64,000 bases of DNA, taken from positions 3,348,001 to 3,412,000 of the forward strand of contig OX597826.1 of assembly GCA_951406725.2 (NCBI GenBank). The letters are read 5' to 3'. Positions 27,407-41,539 of this stretch are shown here, piece by piece. How positions within the stretch are numbered: the first letter of the stretch is position 1; every line of letters begins with the position of its first letter. The translations under genes were made by a program, and so were the position numbers. This DNA comes from Octopus vulgaris. Lineage: Eukaryota. Below the pieces are notes generated by a model. That model made no database searches, had not been told where the DNA came from, and was given only the letters and a program-made list of their open reading frames with translations.

Positions 27407-27600
27407 AAAATTTGGAATCAAAAAGGAATACGGTTGGACATTTATTTTCAATCACTGCAATTGTTTCTACGCAACCCAGTTCTCTAGGCGTGCATAATCA
27501 AATACGTACTCGCCTGCAGAACTACGTTGCGCCGAAACAATTGTAGTAATTGAAAATAAATATCCAACCGTACTTCCTGTTGTTGACTATTTTTTTCAAT
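27407..27600. mobile_element. Fold-back element with about 66-bp inverted arms and partial hammerhead motif
   Basis: Arms at 27425-27490 and 27511-27577. The right arm has GAAA-caattg-UA but no CUGANGA. Confidence 0.65.
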
Positions 27601-27754
27601 TATCCATTCACATACGACAGATGCCCAATGCAAAACCTACCCCCTCTCTTTCTTCTCTCTCACTTTTCTCTTTCTGTCTCTTCTCTCTTTCTTCTCTTTC
27701 TCTCTCTTCTCTCTCTCTCTCTCTATTTCTCTCTCTTTTTCTCTCTCTATCTCC

Positions 27755-27785
<31 letters not shown>

Positions 27786-28633
27786 GGTGGGTATATGTGT
27801 GTAGCTGCATACATATATGTATTTACGAATATACATATGCTAGTGGCGTAACAACTTTTTCTGTCTTCATAATCTTCTTCAGAAGTGTTTGGTAATCCGT
27901 CGGCCATATTTTTGCCTATTATATTTTCTGCTTTCTGAGAAAGATTAGAGAATCCTCAAAGCACCGATGCGCCTGAATCACAATTTTTCATTGAGCATTT
28001 AATATCAATAGTGGCATCTAAAATATACAAATAAAAGGGACATCGAGAAAAGCTTGAATATTAGATTGTATTTTAAATTTTAATTTTGTAAAAGGTAAAA
28101 AACACTAATATATCTCAGTGTATTTATTCGTGCAACCACAATTCTAGATGACAAAGAAACCGAAAATCAGAGAGGAGAGCAATTACAGTATAAGATGACA
28201 TGGAGGAAAAGCGTTCGAAATGTAATGTGAGAGGAATAACTGATTAAGACTTAAACTAGAGAAAAGTGTTTCAACGTTGGATGTTGATGGCGAGTAAGAG
28301 AAAATTAGCAGAATTACAGAATAGGAGAAAATATTTTAGATATGCTCTGAAGGTCAAAGTAATCAATGGGGGTAGACAGAGTAGAATGAGTGAAACGTGT
28401 GGAGAGTGAAGGTGAAAATCTGAGTGATAGAAAGAGAGAGAAAGAGACAGACAGACAGAGATGAGGAAGAAGAAAGAGAAATATTTGTAGCAATGATTTA
28501 GTCGTTTTTCTGTGCTGTAAACAGATTGAGCTAGCTAGCTAGCTAGATAGATAGATATCTATACATCTTTATATATATATATATATATATACATATGCAC
28601 ACACACACGCACACACATACACATATATATATA

Positions 28634-28679
<46 letters not shown>

Positions 28680-28686
28680 TATATAT

Positions 28687-28899
28687 ATTTCTTTATTACC
28701 CACAAGGGGCTAAGTATATAGGGGACAAACAATGACAGACAAAGGGATTAAGTCGATTACATCGACCCCAGTGCGTAACTGGTACTTAATTTATCGACCT
28801 CGAAAGGATGAAAGGCAAAGTCGACCTCGGCGGAATTTGAACTCAGAACGTAACGGCAGACGAAATACGTCTTCGCATTTTGCCCGGCGTGCTAACGAT

Positions 28900-28903
<4 letters not shown>
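28687..28903 (-). mobile_element. SINE family B
   Basis: Close match to 58714-58945, lacking about 15 nt at the 5' end. Confidence 0.9.
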
Positions 28904-28955
<52 letters not shown>

Positions 28956-29819
28956 CGAGAAAGAGAGTAGCAAAGAGTGTCAGCAAAAAAAGAAAGAACA
29001 CATGGGGTACAAGAGAAGTAGTGCAAATGTGTATGAAATATTGTGAGAAAAAGATGAGAATACCAACGCATTAGAATCACAACACTCCTCTGTCAATAAC
29101 ACACATATATATATATGTATGTAAGTATGTATATAATGTAAGTATGTTCATGTGTGTGTATGAGTGTGTGCGTGTGTATGTATGTGTGTGTGTATGTGCG
29201 TGTTTGTGTGTGTGTATGAGTGCATGTGTGTATAAGTATTTTATATATATATATATACATAGATATGTACACACAGAGGGTAGCATGAAGATAGACAAAA
29301 ATACACATATATACACGTAGAGAAATAGAGAAAAGGAAGGGGGGAGAAACAGACAGAAAGTGAGAAAGAGAGAGAGAGAGAGAGTGACATAGAGAGAGAA
29401 TCAGAGACAAGCCTAAATTGAACAGGTGAGTGGGACAGAAGGTGAAACGCCTACAGAGACAATCAGAAGACGATAAATTTCCCAGTTGTCTCACAACATG
29501 ACGTTTATGATGTTAATTAGGCGGGAGATAATGAACTATTATTAACACCACCAAGACAACAACAACAACAGCTACAACAACAACAAGAACGACGGTAATG
29601 ACGGCGAGGACGACGTCGACGAATTCAGCATTAACAACAACAATAACAAGAACTAAAACTGCAACATTTGCCTGTACAGGTTTACTGTCAGTACTATTAA
29701 TAGTGTTACAGAATATAGTGAGACCATATATTAGTGACATAATGGAATATATTTTGGTAGAGAACTGTAGCGAATCGAAGCAATGCTCAGTTCGTTTCGA
29801 AGTGTATCAGACCAATTAC

Positions 29820-30400
29820 TGGGGTTCCGCGGGACAAATATGGATGCTTCCTTTACAGGGTGGTGCTCGCAGGGATCAGACAGTTGCTGCCGTTTTTGCC
29901 AGATCTTGTTGCTAACTTTCGGTAAATCTCCATGAAAGCATTCCTTTGTGATATGTTGCGGCCATTTCTTATTTAGGGCCATTCGTAGCATCCTTGTGTA
30001 GCATCCATTTAGCCGGTTAGTTAATTTTTCTTTTCCTTTTTTTATGATATGAGATGTATCAGATCGATCAGTAATTCGCTGTCGGCAATTCCTTGCCCTT
30101 TTTTTAAAAAAGAAAATGGGTCAATTGAGTGGGATAGGAAACTATGAAGAACCTAGTCAATGTCCTTTGATTTCCAGGGTATAGCTAACGGGAATTCTAG
30201 TTGATGGCTCCACTCCCTCTGTATTCCAAAGGAGAACCTACCGTGACCTGCATTTTATTTATATCTGCTATGAATTCCGGGGCGTTAAATGATATATCAG
30301 TTGGATGTGCTGGGGACTTGTTGAGATGGTTTTCAGCTCCACTATCCACGGCGCTGTCTTCATCAATCAAATTTCCAATGCATGAGACAGTGGCATTATA
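29820..30400 (-). pseudogene. Old RTE-clade LINE relic
   Basis: RLNGCYTRMLRMALNKKWPQHITKECFHGDLPKVSNKI is homologous to the 16806-17424 protein. The extension beyond 30025 is weak. Confidence 0.7.
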
Positions 30401-31380
30401 CTATAATTTAGAAATGTGTTGGACATATCTTATATATTCCACAGTATCATTTGGAACACAAATGCAATATTCACAAATTATAATAATAAACACACTACTG
30501 TTGGTTGCTATTTCCAATTCGCAATTTGTTTTTACTACAGAAGGAATTCATAAGGAAGTTTGATAAGTTAAATTGTCACAAACAGTGAATCAGAGAATAT
30601 TCTAACGTTTCGCGCTCTTAACCTTCGCCTAAGTGTGGCAATGTTGTAGAATGTTTAGTCACAAGATTGCGAAGATAGAGATGAATTGGGAAAAGAATTT
30701 GATAGAGTGAATGAGAAAGCATGTGTGGAAGACGGATGGAGCAAGTGATGTACGGGTTGATAGATAACAGGGTGTAACAAAAGAGAGGGGGACTAATTGG
30801 AGGGAGGCAATGAATGCTAATGTCTGTATCAGGATCGAGATCAAGGATAATTACAAGCAGGGGTAAGTGGCAGGTCAAGTGAAAATTTCGAACAGTAGCA
30901 GAGACAACAGATATACAAAGAGAACCTCTCCTCTCTCTCTCTTTCTCTCTCTGTGCTCCCTTACTCTCTCCCACTCATACATATATAAATACACAGAGAA
31001 ACACACACATACACACGTATGCCGACATAAACACACACAAACACAGCAATATACACAAAGTAAGTAGCACACAGACGAAAGAAGACAACGCGGCAGTATA
31101 TAAATGCATTTATTGAGTTACGAACCGATCCATTATACATTAAATAGACTTAATATATACTCTATGTATTATGTGTATCGAAAATTGTAAAACTCAAAGT
31201 TTTAGAAATTCACTAAGAATGTTAAATGATATACGTCTGGCCTTTATACTTCAGGTAGTAACCTCAGAGCCAATTCAGATAAACGATAAGGTTACAGAAT
31301 AGTGAAATACATGAGACAATACAGTTTCATCTGTGTAATGTGTATTTACTCAAGGCAATGAGATCTCACAGAGAGTTTGT

Positions 31381-31417
<37 letters not shown>

Positions 31418-31574
31418 CCCGTACGTGTGTGCGTTTCTGTGTTCATGTTCATATATATATGGTCGCAGGTATGTTTCACTTCTTGTCACAATGGCATTTT
31501 TTTTTTGATTTTGGAGAAAATATAGTTAAGAGAAATATTGTAGAAGTCTGTCGAGTATACAAACACACCCCTCA

Positions 31575-31621
<47 letters not shown>

Positions 31622-32084
31622 ATACACACACAAATGCACACGCATGTATGAGGTCGAAGTCTGGTCAATCGTTGTGCTGACGTTGGTGGTTATTCGGCTA
31701 GAAATGTCGTCACCTCTCCCAACTAATAATCCAGGCGTTTTCTTTCACGGTGTGTCAAGCATGAACAATTCCTGACTCTTGATATTATCTCCCTGCCTCG
31801 AACGGACCTGGTCCTACCATTCAGTGATTATAACACATGCACCCGTGTCGGAGAAAAATTTAATAAGTTGAACATTTCTTTTGTATGGTATTTTGATATT
31901 TTCCTATATGTCTACGGTGTTGAGATATATGTCATGGGTCATTTTAAGTTATTTCTCATCTGTGTGTGTACAAATATTTATATCCATGTGTGTGTATGTG
32001 TATACACACATAAACATACACACATACACACACACACACATACACACATACACACACACATATATATATTCTTTGCTTATTTTA

Positions 32085-32263
32085 TTCTTTTATTTGTTTC
32101 GGTCATTTGACAGCGGCGATGCTGGAGCACCGCCTTTAGTGGAACAAATCGACCCCAAGAATTATACTATCGGTCACATTTGCCAAGCCGCTATGTTACG
32201 GGGACGTAAACACACCAACATCATCTGTTGTCAATCGAGTGAGGGTGGAAAAACACAGACATA

Positions 32264-32270
<7 letters not shown>
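32085..32270 (-). mobile_element. SINE family A, 3' half
   Basis: gatgctggagcaccgcctttagtggaacaaatcgacccc...gttacggggacgtaaacacacc. Confidence 0.85.
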
Positions 32271-32347
<77 letters not shown>

Positions 32348-32503
32348 CATTAGTTTTGCAAGATTCCTGATGTGAAATCATGTGTTGAAACAGATATTGT
32401 ATTTTGGGATGGTGATTTTGTTTATTTGCTGCTAAAAACTGTGACATCCACACAAACTTACACACATACATGCACACACGCGCGCGTGTACACATACACA
32501 CGG

Positions 32504-32546
<43 letters not shown>

Positions 32547-32810
32547 GAAGGACACAGACGCATGCACACCTTAGGATGTACATCTTAGAAGAACATAATA
32601 TAGTAAGTGGAGTAAGAGCACACACGGAAACGAAAAGTATCACTGAAGAGATCGGAGATGTGTGACGAAAGATTTCCAGACATTGAGCATGAGTTCAAAT
32701 AATAAAATCAGAACAGTAATAAACGGGTGAAGAAAAGATGTATAGTGCGTGTGTTTATTCTGCAAAGAAAGATAAATAAATAAACAAAATGAACATCTTG
32801 AAATACAACA

Positions 32811-32886
<76 letters not shown>

Positions 32887-32887
32887 A

Positions 32888-33580
32888 CTACGTATCCCCG
32901 GCGTTGCTCGGGTTGTAAGGGAAATAACTATATAAGCATTTTTAGAGAGTTATAGCCAAAAAATTTTAAAAATGCATTAAAAATGCATTTAATTCACAAT
33001 TAAATTACACTTCGATTTTTGTACAAAACTGTATTTGAAGTGTTTACGAAGTATAATACGTGTTTTCACGAATGTACTAAAGAGATTTACTCTGATATTT
33101 TCATTTAAATATGAATAGGTAAATTCGCGTTTGGTAACAAAGGGTTTATATAAGTCGTCTGTTTATACATAAACACTGTTTCATAGTTTCAGTTTAGTCT
33201 TCTCAAATCACTTGTCGCTATTTACTCTCTTCCAAGAACATTTTCACTCACTCTTATCTGTTAGCTTGCCATACATTTTACTCATGTATCTATCAGCGGA
33301 TAGACAGAAACAAATATTACATCTAGTTTCACTTTATTCGTTGCACACTGTGTGTGCGTTGTGTGCTGTAAACCAGACTAAGAAAAGCATTTGACATACA
33401 CACCAGAATGTGAGTTTTCTGAAATTTTGCTTAATTGGAGTTTAAATTTTAAAACTGGACCTGCAAAACCCGATGCATTCTACTCTTAAAAATGCTAGGT
33501 AAATTGTAATTGAAGAAATCCTATATTGTAGATTTCTATAACTGACAAAGGAGGCAGATATAATCCCTTTTATAATAAGA
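32888..33580 (-). mobile_element. Non-autonomous Helitron, copy 1 (internal deletion)
   Basis: On minus: 5' TCTTATTATAAAAG at 33580 and 3' hairpin CCCGAGCAACGCCGGG near 32890-32912. Aligns to copy 2. Confidence 0.8.
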
Positions 33581-34710
33581 CTAGCAGTATCGCCCGGCGT
33601 TGCTCGGGTTGTAAGGGAAATAACTATATAACATTTTTAGAGAGTTATAGCCAAAAAATAGCAAAAATGCATTAAAAATGAAAAAAATTAGGTAAATTTT
33701 TTAAATCGTTGACACATCGTAGATATTTTGAGAGTTACTTCTTATATAAAAACGAAAAATGCATTAAAATGGAAAAATATGATGGTAAATTTTTTTAAAA
33801 TCGTAGACTCATCGTAGACGCGCGCTAATACCCAGAAGGGCTCGATATGAATCACGACTATAAGATACCCGCTTTTGGTTAAACTGCACCGCAAATGTGG
33901 AGTAATTACGAATGTAAATCGAAGGGACAGACACACAACTTCACTCTTATATAAAGATGCTTTTTTTTCAGTCATAGAGTTAGATTTATAGGTCTTCAGT
34001 AGAAAATCCTTCGAATTCTGACTCGCTGCTTGATATAATGAAATTCGTATCCATTTTTTGTCAGAATTACAAATTTTGAAAACACAATAGGAACAAATTT
34101 CGAAAAATCTCCCATAATTCACGGAATTAAAATTACACTGATTTTTGTATAAAACTGTATTTGAAGTGTTTACGAAGTATAATACGTGTTTTCACGAATG
34201 TACTAAAGAGATTTACTCTGATATTCTTATTTAAATATGAATAGGTAAATTCGGGCGTTTGGTAACGAAAGGGTTTATATAAGTGTCGTCTGTTTATACA
34301 TAAACACTGTTTCATAGTTTCAGTTTAGTCTTCCTCAAATCACTGTCGCTAATTTACTCTCTTCCAAGAACATTTTCACTCACTGTTATCTGTTAGCTTC
34401 CATACATTTTACTCATGTATCTATCAGCGTGATAGACAGAAACAAATATTACATTTACTTATTTTATTCGTTGCCCACTGTGTGTGTGCGTTTGCGTGTG
34501 GTGTAAACCAGACTAAGAAAGCATTTGACACACACACCAGAATGAGTTTTCTGTAAATTTTGCTTAATTGGAGTTTAAATTTTAAAAACTGGACCTGCAT
34601 GCGATGCATTGTACTCTTAAAACTGCTAGGTAAATTGTAATTGAAAAATCTATATTGTAGATTTGTATAACTCCAAAGGGAGGCAGATAAAATCTGCCTT
34701 TATAATAAGA
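33581..34710 (-). mobile_element. Non-autonomous Helitron, copy 2
   Basis: On minus: 5' TCTTATTATAAAG at 34710 and 3' CCCGAGCAACGCCGGGCGATACTGCTAG at 33581. A second internal TC-type start TCTTTATATAAGAGTG lies at about 33957. Confidence 0.85.
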
Positions 34711-34717
34711 TATAATA

Positions 34718-34794
<77 letters not shown>

Positions 34795-35209
34795 ATTGAG
34801 GTTCAGTTGAATTAAGTACTTACATTGAAGCACCAAGTCAGTGCGGTAGTTTCATTTTAAGGATCCTTATTTACCCATCCATTATGATATTTCGACTGTA
34901 GTCCATTGATTCAAATACATTTTAGCATTGAGGCTCTAGCCTTTTTCAACTATCACATATGATTCGTCTCAAAGACTCAACCTTTAAATATGACTTTCGC
35001 TTCCACTCGCGAAATCTGTACGTATCTTTCACAAAACTCCATAGCAATTTCATTTTATGCGGCATTCGCTTTTACTTTATGCGCAGGCTATGTGGGAAGA
35101 CAGAGTAAAGGGGCTTTTGTTAGCTTATAATAGAATCGATAATCACTTGGTACACTAAAACCCATTTTCCTTTTCCAGATAAAACAAGCATGCTTCGTTA
35201 AAAGAGAGT

Positions 35210-35925
35210 GCACATTGACAGAAAATCTACTGCAGCGGCAAGGTGGCAGTGCCGGCAGGCTAAGGTAACTAAGGACCAGAGATCCTGTAGACTGTTGAAA
35301 AGATCTACTGCTGTTACAGCTGCAACTATTCCAGAGCAGCGTGAAAACTATCGAATGCGTGTTGCTACAATAATGGTCGCAGAAACCCACAAAATTGTTG
35401 CTATCCATCGGATAGTAACGCTGCATCCACTTCTGTCGCGAGGTTAGCAGGTTCCGATAACCATTAGATGATGAGACTTCAGTCTAATGTTCACCGGAAG
35501 GGTCCTGCCCATGGTAATTGGAAGCCATGGAGTTGTCGATGGGCATCAAAGACGCTCAACTATGATCCTGCCGAGGATTACACCACTCATAGAAAGACAG
35601 TTACGGCGGATGTGTTTGTAATATGTCCATTTTGCAAGACCCTCAAGTTGGTTGGAATATCCAGTGGCCTATGCTGTTCAAACGAAAAGGTTCGTTTGTC
35701 TAGTCTGCAAAACACTCCTCAGCCTTTGCTGTCTTTACTCCATAGTCAACACCCTGATTCGCAACAATTTATACAGGAAATTCGTGCTTATAACTTCGCC
35801 TTCCAGATGACAAGTTTCGGTCACAAACCAATTCATGAAGACTCCTGTATGACAACGTTCAAAATTCTTGGCCAAATCCATCATCGGATAGGCTCTATTC
35901 TTCTTGTCAATAACGCTGAACACGG
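35210..35925 (+). pseudogene. Helitron RepHel N-terminal relic
   Basis: LNYDPAEDY..CPFCKTLK..GLCCSNEKVRL..PQPLLSLL..FIQEIRAYNFAFQMTSFG..TFKILGQIHHRIGSIL is a typical RepHel N-terminal region. Confidence 0.88.
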
Positions 35926-36499
35926 AGAGATACCACTGAGCAAACGGCTCGCTGAGCTCAGGTGGCGCCTGGAACAAAATGAGAAACATACCAGCAAAGA
36001 AGGAGTGACTCTAGATCTGGGAAATCTTGCATAATTTCACACGTTCTTATTACTAACTGTATTGTTGTTTCCTAGGTAATCTAACATCTAACGGTTCAAA
36101 CATTTCAAACGTAACTAGTATCGACTTCTCTTGGAAATGAACAAAATTTGCATCATGGTGTAAAGGACGGGTGCGTTTGATAGTATACATACATGCATAC
36201 ATGTGGTGCATGTGTTTGTTTGTGTTTGTGTGTGTGTGTGTGTGTGTGCGCGTGTGTGTGTACCAGAGCGAGGATTACATCGAGAGGTAAAATGTTAAAA
36301 AGTTGGGAGGATATTTTATTTTTATTAAATGACGTAGGGCATTCAGCTTTGGCATGTTGATAACGCATTGATTTGGTGAATTACATGTGTATGTCTTTCA
36401 AATTCCTTCCTGCAATTTTCTGTCTAACAGACTTTCTAAGCAAGGTAGTCTCTTAATGACCCGCTCACCGCTCGGGCTACAGCCATCTACCAGAAAATC

Positions 36500-36900
36500 A
36501 AGGATTTGAAATCTAAAATACTTAGATCTTTGAGAAGCGGTGTGGACTGAGGCATTTTCTTTTTATATCAGAACATCGCGCCCAAGTTTACTCCTCTGCC
36601 ATCAAATCGGAAGTAAACATGTCTTAATTGGCTTCAGACGCTCTTAGTGGCTTAGGGTACAACTTCCCCTTTCCTATAACAAGTGCGATATCAAATACCG
36701 AGGTGTGTGCATTACGCACATTTTTCACTACCCAAGGTCCTCCACCAACTTGTTCAATGTATTGTGACCATAACCTAGTTGCTCAGCAAGCTCACAATTT
36801 CTGACTTATGCCTGCGCGAATCAATTCCCTCACACTCTAGTGATTCCTTTCACTGGTCGCAGGTGATGATGACCTTCGGCACGGTTTCTCCTTAATTATG
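36500..36900 (+). pseudogene. Possible degenerate I/Nimb-like LINE C-terminal fragment
   Basis: TFFTTQGPPPTCSMYC is loosely like the C-terminal Cys/His region of I-group ORF2. Many disruptions. Confidence 0.25.
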
Positions 36901-37386
36901 GCTTCCCATTCTTAAAAACCGATTCATCCATTTTTTTTGTGTCTTTTTTCTCTTTTCAATCTATTTTTTCGCCTTCAACGATATGTCGGAACATCTGCAT
37001 TCCTCCTATGTAAGAACTCAATCAAAGCTCGTTGTTTTTACTTGGATTCTATTATTTGCCTAAGATGAAAAAACAATAAAGAAGAGGAAAAAGAGTTATT
37101 ATAGCAGATACTTTATGCTTCCAACTAACAGCGCTACTGGAACCGCCAGTGCACAAAATGTTATGCCAAATTTTGCATTGTATTCGTTATAGCTCTTATA
37201 GACATACAGTCCTATACATGAATGCAAATACATAAATACATATATGCATACATGCATAAATATTTACATACAAACATATATATGCATATATACATATATA
37301 CTTACATATACATACATATTTACAGACATGCCAACATATTTACATATGTCTATATCTATCTATCCAACTATCTCTCTATCTATCTA

Positions 37387-38017
<631 letters not shown>

Positions 38018-38375
38018 GTACATATACGTATATATGTATGCATGTATGTATATGTATGTATATATGTATATGGATTTATATAATCCAGTGGTAATCACAA
38101 AAACGTTCCTTTAGTGTACCCGACTACAATATACATTGTAAACTAATACATAGAAGTGTGATGTAGATACATGTGCAGGTGAGATGCAGTAAATCTAATC
38201 GGTGGAGATGATTTCATGAGGAGCATATAGAAAATAAAAAAAGAATTGTCAGGAGGTATCAGGTGGATATTTTTATTTCATCAGCTGATATCTAAAGGAT
38301 ATCAATAGGGTATGGATTGGTGGAAAATATCTATTTATCTTATATCTTCTGACTCTTTTATATCCTTTACTTCTT

Positions 38376-38433
<58 letters not shown>

Positions 38434-38437
<4 letters not shown>

Positions 38438-38498
38438 CGAACCCACGATCCCTTGACCGCGAGTCCACTGCTCTAACCACTAGGCCATGTGCCTCCAC
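38434..38498 (-). mobile_element. SINE family D, tRNA-like head only
   Basis: ttcgaacccacgatcccttgaccgcgagtccactgctctaaccactaggccat matches the 8316 head. Confidence 0.75.
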
Positions 38499-38499
38499 A

Positions 38500-39490
38500 A
38501 ACTGGTCACATTACGGGAAAGTCTAACAGTGTTTCAGGCAGACCCGGATGGTTTCCTTGAATGTTTCCGTACCCCAAGCTGAATGGTGTATTCATCACCT
38601 TGAGCCACCGACAAAGAGACAATCCATGCAGTGGAAAGCCCCCTCCTCACCGGCTACAAAGTCGGACAAGTCCGTTTCATCTGCATGGAAGATGATGGCT
38701 TCAGTGTTTGAGATGAAAATAGAATTCTGTTCATTGACTATCTTCAAAAGTTCCATACCATAATGGAATGTACTGTCCCAATTTGCTGGCACACCTACGC
38801 AAGGCTATAAAGACCAGATGATCAGGAAAACTGACAGAAGGGGTCTTGTTTCATGAAGTCAATGCTCCAGCACAGAATATATGGAATCTCAGTGTGTATT
38901 CAATGGCTGCCGTATGTGACCCTGGCTTTGAACTGCTTGATCATTCTCCTGATTTGATCCTGTCTGATAATCAACAGCTCTTTTTTTACTCTCTTTTACT
39001 CTTTTACTTGTTTCAGTCATTTGACTGTGGCCATGCTGGAGCACCGCCTTTAATCGAGCAACTCGACCCCGGGACTTATTCTTTGTAAGCCTAGTACTTA
39101 TTCTATCGGTCTCTTTTGCCGAACCGCTAGGTGACGGGGACATAAACACACCAGCATCGGTTGTCAAGCGATGTTGGGAGGACAAATACGGACATACAAA
39201 CATACACGCACATATATATATATATATATATATAAATGTATATATATATACATATATATGACGGGCTTCTTTCAGTTTCCGTCTACCAAATCCACTCACA
39301 AGGCGTTGGTCGGCCCGAGGCTATAGTAGAATACACCTGCCCAAGGTGCCACGCAGTGGGACTGAACCCGGAACTATGTGGTTGGTTAGCAAGCTACTTA
39401 CCACACAGCCACTCCTGCTCTGCATCATGAAAAAAAAAGCACTTGGCTGAAAAGCAGTATCTTAACGACATTGACGTCATAGCAGCTATG
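38500..39490 (+). pseudogene. Mariner transposase relic (catalytic region), interrupted by a SINE
   Basis: FQADPDGFLE, WCIHHLEPPTKRQSMQWKAPSSP, KMMASVF, LFHEVNAPA, GFELLDHSPDLILSD. Resumes after 39419 with KHLAEKQYLNDIDVIAA. Confidence 0.9.
38978..39418 (-). mobile_element. SINE family A, full length, nested in mariner
   Basis: Close match to 37511-37934. Possible short TSD gctct. Confidence 0.92.
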
Positions 39491-39754
39491 GGATCCAAGA
39501 ACTGTCATACCGATGGAAGAAATGTGTGAATTACAAGTGGGACTATGGTAACAAAAAATACACCTTTCGTCACATTCCATGGTAATACCTTCATGAACCT
39601 GTAAACTTTGCAGCCGAACCTTGTAAAAGATAATAAGTAAACGAGCAAAAATTGAGTGATCAATGAATTCGATTAATTGCATTTATATATAATTTGACAT
39701 AAAATCAAACTTTTATATGCATACATACATACACATACATACATTTTAGGTACC

Positions 39755-39888
39755 TTATTTACCTTTGACGGATATTTGTCCTCATCTTGTTTGCTGCACA
39801 ACGTTCCGGCTGATATACCTTCCAGCCTTCATCAGGTGTCTTGGGAAATTTCGAACCAGGGTTCTCATTCCTAAGGTATTTTTCATTG

Positions 39889-39938
<50 letters not shown>

Positions 39939-39957
39939 GCCTGAAATCGAAACTGAA

Positions 39958-40003
<46 letters not shown>

Positions 40004-40023
40004 GCTACTACTACTACTACTAC

Positions 40024-40055
<32 letters not shown>

Positions 40056-40106
40056 TTAATAATAATAATACTACAACAACAACAACAACAACAACTACTA
40101 CTACTG

Positions 40107-40197
<91 letters not shown>

Positions 40198-40340
40198 CAA
40201 CAACAATATCGAAAATACCTTAGGAATGAGAACCCAGTTTCGTAATTTCCCCAAGAAACAAGATTAGGACAAAATTCCGTCAAATATAAATAATGTAAAT
40301 AAAGTACATAATTCCTCTTCTCTAAAATATAGAACTGTAT
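39755..40340. mobile_element. Fold-back Penelope-like element with microsatellite spacer
   Basis: Left arm 39755-39885 has a minus-strand hammerhead motif at 39797-39840 (GGAA instead of GAAA). Right arm 40205-40340 lacks it. (TTA)n/(TAC)n/(TAA)n spacer. Confidence 0.8.
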
Positions 40341-41244
40341 TATAAATTTTAGGGTTTACCCCGTGTTTTCACATTTTGACTTGAAGATTCCTATACAAGT
40401 AGGACAGTAAAACTATCTCCAGACGCGATAAAAATAAGCACCATACTTCAATGTTTTCGAACCGATAGAAGCTGATTCAAATATCTTCAGAGTTACATCA
40501 TTACTTAGTGGAATCAAATTGAGGGTGAGGACCACAAACCATTATAAATTTAAACTTATAGACAGGAACGAAATTATTTCGCTTGGCTCGAAATTATAAG
40601 TTTGATTTCTTTTTTAATATGACTGATATAATGTGAGATTTAAATGAACTATTATAAGTTAAATATAGTAAAATGAATAGGTAAAACTTTAATGAATTGA
40701 AGTTATGGAAGTGCCAATTAGTGTAACTTATCATGGTGTAATCAGCTGATGATAGGGATTAACAATATGAATGGAAGATTGTATCTCATAATAGGATAAA
40801 TCCGAGGAGAGAAGTGAAGAATGTGCAATTGCATCTGTTAAAGTCTTAAGTATTATTACACTCAATCATGCCATCGTATAATTTCCAGTCTTTCAGCGGA
40901 TTGTTACTTAAGAGGCGACAATACTGAATAATTCAGAACTGATATGTAAATACCCTGGGAATAAGAAGCCTTTTCAACTACTTTATTATATGTTACGAGT
41001 CTTTAGTTTATCCGAGGTGATGTAGTGAAATTTAACGAAATCAAATTCTATAAACTTTGAGTTTATTTCTGGTATTCTTGAACATATTCTAACTGTACAA
41101 CTATTATTTCAGTTTTGTATGTTGATTCCTTTCGAAGCTTTCTTAACAAATAATCAGGTTTTGCATAGAGTCTTGACGTGTGACTAAGCATCACAAATTC
41201 GTCTGTGTTGACGGGTTCCAATTTGGCTTCAATATGTAAGCCGA

Positions 41245-41425
41245 ATTTCGTCTGTCGTTACGTTCCGAGTTCAAATTCTGCCGAGGTCGACTTTGCCTTT
41301 CATCCTCTCGGGGTCTATAAATTAAGTACCAGTTACACACTGGGGTGGATGTAATCGACTTAATCCCATTGCCTGTCCTTCTTTGTCCCCTCTGTGTTTA
41401 GCTCCTTGTGGGTAGCAAAGAAATA
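41245..41425 (+). mobile_element. SINE family B, 5'-truncated
   Basis: atttcgtctg...gagttcaaattctgccgaggtcgactttgcctttcatcc...gtgggtagcaaagaaat. Confidence 0.9.
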
Positions 41426-41438
41426 AATATGTATATTT

Positions 41439-41520
<82 letters not shown>

Positions 41521-41539
41521 GTATATATATAAATTTAAA

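Noticed and set aside
30620-30860. Possible CR1-like LINE 3' end on minus
   Set aside because: The similarity is too weak to support by eye.
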